NCBI GenBank assembly: GCA_001780275.1
Contig: MFGB01000007.1
Coordinates: 66,280 to 130,279, forward strand
Direction of reading: 5' to 3'
DNA: 64,000 bases
DNA from: Candidatus Falkowbacteria bacterium RIFOXYA2_FULL_47_19
Lineage (GTDB): Bacteria; Patescibacteriota; Patescibacteriia; Patescibacteriales; UBA12075
This document shows positions 1-8,939 of the stretch, one piece after another. Position 1 is the stretch's first letter. Each line of letters opens with the position of its first letter. The notes under the pieces were generated by a model. It was not told the DNA's origin. It made no database searches and was given only the letters and a program-made list of their open reading frames with translations. The translations under genes were made by a program, and so were the position numbers.

Positions 1-552
1 GCGGTCATAAGTGGATAAAGCAATCCCGTCCGCGTCTTCATATTTGCAGACAGTAATCGATGAAGAGTTTATCTCGGCCTGGCGATTGCCGAAATGCAGA
101 CTGCTGATATTCTGTCCGGCCTGCAGATTAACCATGTGTTTCGTGGGGTCGTCCTGGTTCGGGTAAACTATATTATTAGGATAAGTCTCTGTCCAGCCGG
201 GTTTCTGGGTTTCGGCCACGATATAATGACCGGCCGCGAGGTTATCGAAAATATAGCAGCCGAAATCGTTGGTTATGGTCGTAGTGGAAACATCTCCGCT
301 CAAAACGATCTCCCAGCCCGGGAGGATATCCGCGGTGCTGGTGCCGGTTTCATCCCAGAAACCGTCGCCATCCGCGTCATTCCATTTACAGCCTGATATA
401 GAGCTTAAAGGCGGCTCTGCCGCCACCGCGCCCTCCGGAACGACAAAAAACACGCCCACGAACGACATGTTGAAGATAAGCGTGCTTAATAGAAAAACAT
501 TGAAGAATCCCCGGATTCTTCTGGTTTTCTTGCTGAGATTTGGGATCTGCAT
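1..552 (-). CDS. Secreted surface-repeat protein, N-terminal fragment (gene continues past window start)
   Basis: The minus-strand frame is open from ATG at 550-552 down to base 1. It is absent from the ORF track because it has no stop in the window. The N-terminus MQIPNLSKKTRRIRGFFNVFLLSTLIFNMSFVGVFFVVP is a basic region plus a hydrophobic span. It is followed by CKWNDADGDGFWDE..LPGWEIVL..GCYIFDNLAAGHYIVAETQKPGWTETYP, an SdrD-B/Cna-B-like module. Confidence 0.6.
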   Translation of the reverse strand, partial: MQIPNLSKKTRRIRGFFNVFLLSTLIFNMSFVGVFFVVPEGAVAAEPPLSSISGCKWNDADGDGFWDETGTSTADILPGWEIVLSGDVSTTTITNDFGCYIFDNLAAGHYIVAETQKPGWTETYPNNIVYPNQDDPTKHMVNLQAGQNISSLHFGNRQAEINSSSITVCKYEDADGIALSTYDR

Positions 553-733
553 AGATTTGATTGTAAATAAATAATAACCAGGTTATTATTTTGTTAGTTT
601 ATAATTATGAATAATAATTTATTATAGTTAGAGCTAATTAAATTATCATTATTATAAAGTTAAAACAGCATTAATAAGCAATAAAAAAACAGCCGAACTA
701 TCAGCTGCAATATTTTTTTTGACGGAGCGCGTT

Positions 734-1099
734 CTATGCTACGGTATCGTAATGTTCAATCCGACCATTCAAGTCGTCCAAAAGAGCTTTCAGGTACTGG
801 TACGGCTCTTCATGCGCGGGGAAAGACTGAATGATCGCCTTGATCTCGTTTCTGGTATCGGCGATAAATTTAAAATTAAAATAAAAATTGCTTGTTAAAA
901 GCGTTTGGCAAAGCACTTCAATGCCGAAGTTAATGCGCGCGCACGCCAACATGCTTTCTATCCCCTCGACCGATAGCCCGTCCACGCTCTCTACGTACTC
1001 TTTAACAAGTTTTTTTATCTGTTCGACCGCTGCCATGTGCGGCAAATAGGTTAGGCTCCACTTATCACCGCTATCCCCGCAAATAACATAACCGCCCAT
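734..1099 (-). CDS. Hypothetical protein (121 aa from internal ATG)
   Basis: This is track ORF 734..1141. The ATG at 1099 (MGGYVICGD...) is preceded by AGGAGG, so the upstream 14 codons look like a spurious extension. No family was recognised. Confidence 0.5.
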   Translation of the reverse strand: MGGYVICGDSGDKWSLTYLPHMAAVEQIKKLVKEYVESVDGLSVEGIESMLACARINFGIEVLCQTLLTSNFYFNFKFIADTRNEIKAIIQSFPAHEEPYQYLKALLDDLNGRIEHYDTVA

Positions 1100-1240
1100 C
1101 TTACGCCTCCTGTCAATTATTGTGATTACAAAGAACTTCAAAAAATGTCATCCTCGCGCGGACGGGAATTCCGGCTCGAAGAAAAGCCCGAATTTCCGCC
1201 CTCCGTAAAAATAGCATCCTTTATTAAAAATTAAAATACT

Positions 1241-4200
1241 CTATAAGTTATACGCCTTGCGCTTTATAAGCGCGCTTGCGCCGGTAAGTCCTCCGACCAT
1301 CATAATGAGGGCCATAAACTCGAAGACGCTGAATCCCGTTTCGGCCAACACTTCTATTTCCCGAACCTCAAGGTCGGCCATGGCCTCGAGCGGTTTATGG
1401 TTATCGGATCTTATCGTGGCGGTATTGACGTATATTTTTTCCGCGGCATCGTCGATGACGTTCGCGAAATAAGTGATTTCCCCGGTTTCGCCGGGTAGAA
1501 GGTCTCCGACCGCCCATTCCCGGGTGGTCGAAGCGGTATCGGCGTAAACGATCCCCTCGGGAAGAATATCCTTGATAATGACGTTAAAAGCGGTCAAATT
1601 GCCGGTATTGGCGTAATTGATCACATATTTGAAATTCTTATCCCCCGGATTATAGAACGATTTCTCGTCTGGAATGACCTTCGTGATAGAAAGTATCGGG
1701 TCCCCTTCTTCGCCTTTGACCTCGACGCAGGCGTCGGTCTTGTATTTGACGGTTTTCTCGGTCTTATCCGATCCTTCTTCGGCCTTGGCCGTAAAGGAGT
1801 ATTCGGTATAAGGCTTTAAGCCGCCGATCGTGGTCGAATGCAGGGTGCTTTCCGTGGTCGTGTCGGTCGAGGTGGCGTCTTTAATATCGTCGGAATCAAG
1901 GCCGTAAACGACCCAGCTGGTTACTGTCTTGTTAGTGCGCCACTCTATTTTAGCCGTATTCTCATCAATGCACTTAGCTTCTATTTCCATGATATCGAGG
2001 AAAACATGGCCTCCGCCGCCTCCGCCGCCGCCCGGCAGTTTGCAATACCGACAACCGTCCGTCTGATCGCTATTAGCATCATCGCACTCTTCGCCGGCAA
2101 CATTAATTATACCGTCGCCGCAGTACGGCCCGCCGCCGCCCTCGGTTGAGCAGGTGGCTGAGCAGCCGTCTCCGGAAACGTTATTGCCGTCATCGCATTG
2201 TTCTCCGGGGGTGTTCCCCAGTATTCTGTCGCCGCACCTGGGCCCTTCCTCGTAATAATTATTAAAATTATAATCAAGGCCATCTTTGCCGGTATACTCA
2301 AGCCAGACATCGAAATAAAGCGGGGTGGTGTTGTGCCAATTGGTCTTTAAGACCTCGTTCACGCGGTAAGCGGCGTCATAAGGGAGACCCTGGAAACAAT
2401 AACGCCCGGTGGAATCGGTCAAAACCGGCGCCGTTACCTTTTGCCAATCGGCGCGGCAATTAACGGCGAAAAGGCCGTCAAGGTCATAGCCGTTCCCATC
2501 CGCATTCTCGTCGTTGTCATCGCTCTCGTCAACTAATTTTATATATTTTGCCCAGACTAATGTGCCTAAATCCAGCGAAGTGTCCAATGTAGCAAGACCG
2601 AGTTCGCGCCAGGTGCCGTCAATTCCTGTCGGCGAGGCGTAAACGCGCGCTTTTTCCGAGGTCGGGGCTCCGTCCGGACTGGTTTCAAAAATTTCAATGT
2701 CAGCGCCGTTGCCGTTTATGACGATATTTTCAAGCTCCAGGATGATCTCGCCGCCAAAACCCAAAGAAACGTAATTCAGGGTTTGGTCCGCTTCAGCTTC
2801 TCCTAAAGCTTTAGCGCTATCGGTATAATCGCTTGCGAGCGGATCAGAGTTACTGTCGGTTCCCTGGGTATAATTTATTACCCGGTCCGCCCAGTTCTCT
2901 CCGGCCGCGCAATCCGCCGCGGTCGACAATTCAATGGTCCAATCCGGAAGACCCTTGGTGTTGGGCGTGGCCGCATTCTTATCCTCGTCCTCGTATTTAT
3001 AGCCGCAGATCATGCCGGAATCTCCGTAAGGCCGGTTATAGAAATAGAGCTCCGCGGTCTCGCCGGCTTTAACCTCTGTTGATGTGGCGCCGTTTTCCGG
3101 GCTTAAAATTATCCACCCCTTGGTCAAAGCTGCTTCAGCGGCGTTATAAATACCGATGGGCAGGTCGGAGAGAGTGACGCAGCCGATCTCGCCGGCCGTC
3201 CGCACGGTATGCGCGCTTTGGTCGGGGTATGTGACCGTAAAGGGCCAATCGGCGACCGGATACTGATCGTCGGCCGTATTCAAATCGCCGTCTGAATCCC
3301 CGATCTTGCAGATTTTCAAATTTCCAACCTCGTGCCGGTTAACAAAATCCTTATCGGTTTCGTTGGTATTCTGTGTTGTGATAAAAATAGTGTAATAATT
3401 ATCCGGATCGATCGGGCTTACCTGCGTCCAACCGCTCTGGTTTTGTTCATAGACGTCATACCGGCCGGTACAAAGATCGTTAAAGGCGTAATTGCCGTCG
3501 TTATCGGTCGTGGTGGTGGCGTAAACGATGCCAAGATTGTCGTTCCTGAGTTCAATTACCCATCCAGACAGGCCGTTACCGGTAAAATAATCTAACTTTC
3601 GTCCGCTTATTAAGGAAGTGCACTGCTCGATGGTTTTACATTCAGTTGAACAAGTAGCTGAACCGGTCGGGCCGTGGTCGCACTCTTCTCCCGGATCTGG
3701 GTTGTAATCGCCGCAGAAAGGCGCTTCGTAATTTAAAAAGACAAAAGGCTGCAGAGCGACTGATCCGAGCGTAAAGCTATATGATCCGTTGGCCGGATAA
3801 GTATTCCGCCAGTGTCCGCTTACCGGCGCTTCAGTAATAGTATAGTCGCCGTAAATAAGGTTATCTACGCTTACGCAGGCATTATCATTCGACGTGTTGA
3901 GGGTCTGCGAATAACTATCCGGTCCGGTAACCGTGAATTCCCAGGCTAAGGGCGTATCAACGCCGCTTTCGTAAGCGCCGATCACACCATTATCGTAGTA
4001 TTTGCATATCGTAAAACCGCCGCGCCGGGTGTTATAGAAATTAATCGTCGCGCCTTGGTCTTCATCGACTATAACCGTGCCTTCGCCGTTTTCCGGGTAA
4101 ACCGGACTCCAGCTCGGATTCGGCATAGTTTCGCTGACCGTGTATTGTTTAGGGTCGAGATCGGTGAAAACGGTACAACCGTTATCTCCGGTCGTCTGGG

Positions 4201-6142
4201 TAGTAGTATGGTCTAAAGTAAAGTTCCAGCCGGGCACTATCGTCTGGTCATCGATGGTTGAGGTTAAACCGTCCACGTCAAACCATTTGCAGACCGTGAG
4301 CCAGCCTTTTTTCGGCGGGATATACTTTAATTTGCAATCCGATTCGCAGGTCCAGTTGCCGGAGAGTCCGGTGGGCATAGCCGGCCAGTCGCATTCTTCG
4401 CCCTCTCCGCCCTGGATTATGCCGTCACCGCAATAAGGACCCCTTAAAGAAATCTCACTGCAGGTGCCGGAACAATAAGTGCAGGTGCTGTCATAATCAG
4501 GAACGCATGGCAGGCCGTTTTGGCCGCCCCGATCGCATACCTCGTTCAGGTCGTAGCCGTTCGGGGTCTGGATCGTGCTGTCTCCGCAATAGGTTAAAGC
4601 GCACTGGTCGGTACAGCCGTCGGTATTATCGCCGTCTTTGCCGTCATCGCAGGCTTCCAGTCCGTTTTGAACGCCGTCGCCGCAATACGGTCCGGTTAAA
4701 GTCGTCGGTTGGCAGGTACTGGAACAATAGGTGCAGGTACTGTTATAATCTGGATCGCAAGGTGTGCCGTTTGTTCCGCCTAAATCGCAAACTTCGTTTA
4801 ATCCATTACCATTAGGGGTCTGGATCGTGCTGTCGCCGCAATAGGTTAAGGTGCACTGGTCGGTACAGCCGTCGGTATTATCGCCGTTCTTGCCGTCATC
4901 GCATTGTTCGTCGCCATTCTTGATACCGTCGCCGCAAACGGGCGGGCACTCGACGGTCGTAGTGGCGGTCGCGCAGATCCAATTATCCGGGTTGCTCTTA
5001 CTGCCGAGCTGTTCGGCCCAAGCGCAGGCTTCGTTTACGATTTCGCTGCCGCAGGCCGTTTCAGTCTTAACTGTGGTCAATATATCAACCGTATAAGACT
5101 CGCCGGGGGCTAATACGTTCTTAACCCAGACGTTATTGCCTGAAGCCGGATTCGGCACGGAAGACACGAAAGAGGTCTTGGTATCATAAAATTCTTTAAG
5201 TTCCACACCGCTCCCCGTGCAGTTAGCCGTGCCGGTGTTGGTCAGGGTTAAATTATAAGTAAGATCGCCTCCCGGCGCGACCGGATCGGGGCTGTCGGTT
5301 TTTACGAGTTCAAGTTTGCATTCCCCCGGTCCGCCGCAGAATGTTATATGACTGATACTGTTAACGTCTTTTGTTACAGTTCCGCTTGTTCCGCCCGGAA
5401 ACTCGGTATAGGTCGTGGCCGCTTTTCTTAAAATCTTGTCTACGGCCGGATTTGAGGTCCAATCGGCTGACTCATTATTGCCGCTAACGGCAGTACTATA
5501 AGCTGGGTCATGTTTATCCATGGCTTCACTCCAAGCACCCGCGTATTCCCATTTAGCCACAGTAAAATAATTCGGTCCGAATTTATCTTCGCACTCGTCT
5601 TTGTCTTCTTGCTTCGTATTCGTAAAGGTGCAGGTTATCTGTGTATCATGAGAAATTTTTAATTTTACCTTACGTTCCGAAAGATATTTTGTGACAGTAA
5701 AATTACTGTTATTACCACTGCATACTATATCGCTTAAATTCCAGCCAGGAACATCCGCCTCGGTAATATAATAATCTCCGGTACTGGTAAAGGGCAGATC
5801 GACACTATTGCCGTCAATCAAGGAAAAATTACCGTTCCAGCCGGTTGTTCCGGTTTTATTTTTAGAAAAAGCAAAAGCCTGGGTGTCACCATCCGGCACA
5901 GTTTGTTTTATAACTGTTATCGTGCCGTGACAAGCCCAAGCCTCTCCGGGCGCAACCATAAAAATACCCCCTAAAGCCATGCCGAAAGACATGTTAAGCA
6001 CAAGGAGGCTCATGGAAAATACGTTGATCGCTTTGTAAATTTTACCTTTTCTGGTGTTTAAAAAATTAGGCGCGTAATGGAACGCGTAATTAGGAGCAAT
6101 CTGCCGGGATGAAAGCAGATTGGGAGAGTATGAATCATGCAT
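1241..6142 (-). CDS. Giant cell-surface protein with LAETG sortase sorting signal (1633 aa)
   Basis: The leader is ..AINVFSMSLLVLNMSFGMALGGIFMVAPGEAWA. The body carries several SdrD-B/Cna-B-like modules, Cys-rich CGDGxxxxxExCDDGxxxxDGC repeats, an FN3-like segment, a poly-Gly run and DUF11-like repeats (NTGNLTA). The C-terminus is LAETGF plus a hydrophobic span plus KRKAYNL. Confidence 0.88.
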   Translation of the reverse strand: MHDSYSPNLLSSRQIAPNYAFHYAPNFLNTRKGKIYKAINVFSMSLLVLNMSFGMALGGIFMVAPGEAWACHGTITVIKQTVPDGDTQAFAFSKNKTGTTGWNGNFSLIDGNSVDLPFTSTGDYYITEADVPGWNLSDIVCSGNNSNFTVTKYLSERKVKLKISHDTQITCTFTNTKQEDKDECEDKFGPNYFTVAKWEYAGAWSEAMDKHDPAYSTAVSGNNESADWTSNPAVDKILRKAATTYTEFPGGTSGTVTKDVNSISHITFCGGPGECKLELVKTDSPDPVAPGGDLTYNLTLTNTGTANCTGSGVELKEFYDTKTSFVSSVPNPASGNNVWVKNVLAPGESYTVDILTTVKTETACGSEIVNEACAWAEQLGSKSNPDNWICATATTTVECPPVCGDGIKNGDEQCDDGKNGDNTDGCTDQCTLTYCGDSTIQTPNGNGLNEVCDLGGTNGTPCDPDYNSTCTYCSSTCQPTTLTGPYCGDGVQNGLEACDDGKDGDNTDGCTDQCALTYCGDSTIQTPNGYDLNEVCDRGGQNGLPCVPDYDSTCTYCSGTCSEISLRGPYCGDGIIQGGEGEECDWPAMPTGLSGNWTCESDCKLKYIPPKKGWLTVCKWFDVDGLTSTIDDQTIVPGWNFTLDHTTTQTTGDNGCTVFTDLDPKQYTVSETMPNPSWSPVYPENGEGTVIVDEDQGATINFYNTRRGGFTICKYYDNGVIGAYESGVDTPLAWEFTVTGPDSYSQTLNTSNDNACVSVDNLIYGDYTITEAPVSGHWRNTYPANGSYSFTLGSVALQPFVFLNYEAPFCGDYNPDPGEECDHGPTGSATCSTECKTIEQCTSLISGRKLDYFTGNGLSGWVIELRNDNLGIVYATTTTDNDGNYAFNDLCTGRYDVYEQNQSGWTQVSPIDPDNYYTIFITTQNTNETDKDFVNRHEVGNLKICKIGDSDGDLNTADDQYPVADWPFTVTYPDQSAHTVRTAGEIGCVTLSDLPIGIYNAAEAALTKGWIILSPENGATSTEVKAGETAELYFYNRPYGDSGMICGYKYEDEDKNAATPNTKGLPDWTIELSTAADCAAGENWADRVINYTQGTDSNSDPLASDYTDSAKALGEAEADQTLNYVSLGFGGEIILELENIVINGNGADIEIFETSPDGAPTSEKARVYASPTGIDGTWRELGLATLDTSLDLGTLVWAKYIKLVDESDDNDENADGNGYDLDGLFAVNCRADWQKVTAPVLTDSTGRYCFQGLPYDAAYRVNEVLKTNWHNTTPLYFDVWLEYTGKDGLDYNFNNYYEEGPRCGDRILGNTPGEQCDDGNNVSGDGCSATCSTEGGGGPYCGDGIINVAGEECDDANSDQTDGCRYCKLPGGGGGGGGHVFLDIMEIEAKCIDENTAKIEWRTNKTVTSWVVYGLDSDDIKDATSTDTTTESTLHSTTIGGLKPYTEYSFTAKAEEGSDKTEKTVKYKTDACVEVKGEEGDPILSITKVIPDEKSFYNPGDKNFKYVINYANTGNLTAFNVIIKDILPEGIVYADTASTTREWAVGDLLPGETGEITYFANVIDDAAEKIYVNTATIRSDNHKPLEAMADLEVREIEVLAETGFSVFEFMALIMMVGGLTGASALIKRKAYNL
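4433..4936 (-). repeat. Tandem 2 x 252-bp (84-aa) Cys-rich module duplication inside the 1633-aa gene
   Basis: CGDGIKNG.. starts at aa 403, CGDGVQNG.. at aa 487 and CGDGIIQG at aa 571. At DNA level gatcgtgctgtc recurs at 4571 and 4823, exactly 252 bp apart, with long near-identical runs. Confidence 0.85.
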
Positions 6143-6302
6143 AAGAAACGTCAGGCATATAATTTAAAAATAAATTATGCCTATATGAATAATTAATTAA
6201 AATGATTCTCTAGCTTAGCATTATTATCTCTATTTTGTCAATAGTAAAATTAAAAATTATTAAAATTTGATATTATTCTAACATTAAATAAATTAACAAC
6301 AT

Positions 6303-6338
6303 AAAAAAAACAGGCTATTTTTTAGCCTGTCATGTTTT
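6303..6338 (-). terminator. Rho-independent terminator
   Basis: Stem acaggct / agcctgt (6310-6316 / 6324-6330) is flanked by an A-run and a T-run. On the minus strand it is followed by TTTTTTTT, downstream of the small ORF at 6397..6564. Confidence 0.6.
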
Positions 6339-6396
6339 TTGGGGAAAGGGTTAATAAACTCTTTAATTTATCCGAATGTTTTTGGATGATCTTTTT

Positions 6397-6564
6397 TTAT
6401 TTTGTTGATATGGCAAGCATGCATATGCCAACCGTCAGCAGGAAATAACCCAAGTCTTCGAATTTTTTAAGTTTTGGCCAGACGCCTATACCGAATCCCG
6501 GCAGAATGAACGATATTCCTATCCAATGGCAAAGACCGAGTTGTTTAAAAAACAAAAGGCCCAT
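6397..6564 (-). CDS. Small hydrophobic protein (55 aa), not in ORF track (<60 aa)
   Basis: ATG at 6562-6564 is preceded by GGAGGG. The translation is MGLLFFKQLGLCHWIGISFILPGFGIGVWPKLKKFEDLGYFLLTVGICMLAISTK, which has two hydrophobic spans. It has its own terminator at 6303-6338. Confidence 0.4.
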   Translation of the reverse strand: MGLLFFKQLGLCHWIGISFILPGFGIGVWPKLKKFEDLGYFLLTVGICMLAISTK

Positions 6565-6673
6565 ATACCCTCCTTCTTTATATTTTACATGAAGTCCGCA
6601 GCTTATATTTACTTATACGCTTAAAAAGGGATTCTATTACACTAAAAATTAAAAAAATAAATACTTCCTGTTC

Positions 6674-6702
6674 GTAGAGACGCCCCGCCGGGGCGTCTCT
6701 AC
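6674..6702. repeat. 29-nt palindromic element, copy 1 (GTAGAGACGCCCCGCCGGGGCGTCTCTAC)
   Basis: It is a perfect palindrome and one of four copies in the window. It is followed by cgaggcggtgcatgggatagag, which resembles the flank of copy 2. Confidence 0.85.
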
Positions 6703-6734
6703 GAGGCGGTGCATGGGATAGAGGTAAAAAAATT

Positions 6735-6770
6735 AAAAAACCCGATAGTTTGATCGGGTATTTTTTGGTT
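6735..6770 (-). terminator. Rho-independent terminator after 6782..7432
   Basis: Stem cccgat / atcggg (6741-6746 / 6753-6758) has an A-run and a T-run on either side. Confidence 0.65.
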
Positions 6771-6781
6771 CTTTTTTGAGG

Positions 6782-7432
6782 TTATTTTTTGGGAATATGT
6801 TTCTTAAGCTCTTGCAGTTGCTCAGGGGTAAGGTCTTTTATCCCCTCTCGGATGGTGTCAGTATCCTGTTTAGCTTCCTGTTTTTCCCTTTCCTGGACGT
6901 TCTTGGCGCGCACTTCTTTCTGTGCGCCAGTTTGAGTCAGGGGCAGTGACAGGTTCTCAAAGGCGTGCATCGGCACGACATCGCGGTCTGAGTCGTAATA
7001 CTCTATCACTACCCGGTCGCCCGCTTGGGTCAAGGGTAATTTCACCGAAAGTTCGCCAGCCCCGCCCGTAAAGATGTGCGGCACCTCTTTCAGATGGAGA
7101 TAGTAGGTCGTGCCGGAATTCAGCGCCTCTTGATTACGCCGGTCCACCACGCCCTCTATCTTTTTGAGGACGCGCTCCTTGTCCAGAACGACCTGCTGAC
7201 CGCCCCGCATGATAAGTTTTTCGTATTCGCGCAAGGCTTCGTATTGGTCGTTGCCGACCGCTACGGTCTGGATATTATTGATGGAAACTATTGCCACCCC
7301 TTGAAAGGCGTGGCTTTCGTTTAAAAGCGGTACTACACTGGCCATCGTCCCATAGACGTTATAAAGCTGGGGATCAACGCCGTGGAGCTTTTTATACTCG
7401 ACATGGCTGTTCTTGTTGACCGCATCCAGCAC
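6782..7432 (-). CDS. Hypothetical protein, probably the C-terminal part of the gene at 7475..8614
   Basis: This 216-aa ORF has only a GTG start and no convincing SD. It is in the same frame as 7475..8614, and the 14 codons between them contain no stop other than the TAA at 7475-7477. Confidence 0.5.
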   Translation of the reverse strand: MLDAVNKNSHVEYKKLHGVDPQLYNVYGTMASVVPLLNESHAFQGVAIVSINNIQTVAVGNDQYEALREYEKLIMRGGQQVVLDKERVLKKIEGVVDRRNQEALNSGTTYYLHLKEVPHIFTGGAGELSVKLPLTQAGDRVVIEYYDSDRDVVPMHAFENLSLPLTQTGAQKEVRAKNVQEREKQEAKQDTDTIREGIKDLTPEQLQELKKHIPKK

Positions 7433-7474
7433 GGCGGCATCGGTAGAACCGCCCCTGACCGTATAACGGACGGA

Positions 7475-8614
7475 TTAGCCGGTCCGGGAATTGGTGTACA
7501 CGACGGCGATCAGGGAGTCGTCTTTACTGCTCTGTGAGGTTATACCCGTCACCCAATCCGCTTGTCCCTCCGATCCGTAGATCAGGTTCGGCGTTTCCGG
7601 CTGGGTAATACCCCTCCCTCCCCACCAGGTATTCTTCCAGCCGTGGACATATTTACCGCTCCAGGTCAGATAGTTTTCAATGAAAGACCGCGGCACGGCC
7701 CGGTCCACCCAATCGGGAATTTTGTCTTGGGGAAAAAATTCCGGGTCGCCGCTTGCCGGATCAACGATTACTACTCCGGTAATCTTTTCTCCGCTCCACA
7801 TGATCGTGGGCTTATAAGCGGTAACGACCCACCAGGCCTTGCCATTTTCGTCTATTTCAAAAGTGTAGTCAACCAGGCCGGTGTTTAAAAAACCGCTGTT
7901 GCGCAAATGCCTTTCCAACTCGTTCCAGAAGAAGGCGCCCGGCGTATACTGCATTTTTTCTTTATCCGGGAGCATCTTGAGGACTGCTGGACGATGCGGA
8001 TCTTCGCCGTGGACCATGATATAGCCCGGAACGCCGTCGGTAGAGGTCCAGACGGAAATTCCGCCGTAATCCAGGGGCACGACATACCACAGCTCGTTAT
8101 TGATCCTCTGGAGCGTCATAAGGCCCTCGGAAATCTGAAATTGGCTGCCGACAGCGCCGGCCTCGCCCAGGACTTTTTTCGCGAGATAAACCGCGTTTTC
8201 GGTCGTGGACATCCGCATATGTTTCGGGTCTTTGGGCTGGACATCCTGGGTCCAGACCCTTTCTTCCATCGTCCCGATCATATTCTTGTAGTCGCTGGCG
8301 CGGAACATTCCGCTGCCCAAAGTACAGCTGCCCATATAGATAAGCGCCGTGAAAATAGGAAAAAACGCGACGTAGGTAAATTTACCCTCTAAGATCGCGT
8401 CAATTATTGCAGCCGCTATCCAAAGCAGAAAAACCATGAATCCCGGAATTCCGCCCAGCGGATACACCGTTGAGGGGGTTGATAAGTAAAGAATTCCCCA
8501 AACCAGCCATAATGAAATTACCCCCGTATAAATGGCGGCTTTTACTTTTTTGTTGACGAGCAAAGGAAGTACTCCCAGAACCGTGCAGATAATGGCGGCT
8601 ATAAATACGTACAT
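7475..8614 (-). CDS. Polytopic membrane protein with extracytoplasmic domain (379 aa), possibly truncated by an in-frame TAA
   Basis: The N-terminus has about 4 hydrophobic spans (MYVFIAAIICTVLGVLPLLV.., ISLWLVWGILYL.., FMVFLLWIAAAIIDAIL.., FFPIFTALIYMG). A large soluble domain follows. No family was recognised. Confidence 0.75.
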   Translation of the reverse strand: MYVFIAAIICTVLGVLPLLVNKKVKAAIYTGVISLWLVWGILYLSTPSTVYPLGGIPGFMVFLLWIAAAIIDAILEGKFTYVAFFPIFTALIYMGSCTLGSGMFRASDYKNMIGTMEERVWTQDVQPKDPKHMRMSTTENAVYLAKKVLGEAGAVGSQFQISEGLMTLQRINNELWYVVPLDYGGISVWTSTDGVPGYIMVHGEDPHRPAVLKMLPDKEKMQYTPGAFFWNELERHLRNSGFLNTGLVDYTFEIDENGKAWWVVTAYKPTIMWSGEKITGVVIVDPASGDPEFFPQDKIPDWVDRAVPRSFIENYLTWSGKYVHGWKNTWWGGRGITQPETPNLIYGSEGQADWVTGITSQSSKDDSLIAVVYTNSRTG

Positions 8615-8829
8615 TCTAATCTCCTTTCTTTGGTTTACTTGGTTGGCAAGCTATAAAATGATTGTCCCCCGAATAATCCTCCCTTCTTTTTTTCTATTAT
8701 TAGAAAAATAAGCTTGTCTATTTTAATTGGGTTATCAATGATCTAATAAACTATTATTTCACATTTTGAAGATTTTGTCAAGATTTTATCACGAATTTCC
8801 TCCACCCCTAAACCCCGCAGACGCCCACG

Positions 8830-8858
8830 GTAGAGACGTTGCATTGCAACGTCTCTAC
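8830..8858. repeat. 29-nt palindromic element, copy 2 (GTAGAGACGTTGCATTGCAACGTCTCTAC)
   Basis: It has the same outer arms, GTAGAGACG/CGTCTCTAC, as copies 1, 3 and 4. The inner part differs but is still self-complementary. Confidence 0.8.
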
Positions 8859-8887
8859 GAAACGGGGCATGTGGGAAAAGATTAAAC

Positions 8888-8921
8888 AAAACCCCGCCCG
8901 GCAAATGCCGGGCGGGGTTTT
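8888..8921 (-). terminator. Rho-independent terminator after 8940..12716
   Basis: An 11-bp stem ccccgcccggc / gccgggcgggg has an aaat loop. On the minus strand it is followed by TTTTGTTT. Confidence 0.8.
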
Positions 8922-8939
8922 AAGTATCTAAACCACTGT

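Noticed and set aside
1142-1240. Sequence gtcatcctcgcgcggacgggaattcc and the related gtcattctggagcgaagccgcggcgaagcg at 24236-24275 as possible mobile-element ends
   Set aside because: They resemble common short GC-rich intergenic hairpin repeats. Each occurs once in the window, there are no flanking direct repeats and there is no transposase, so evidence is insufficient.
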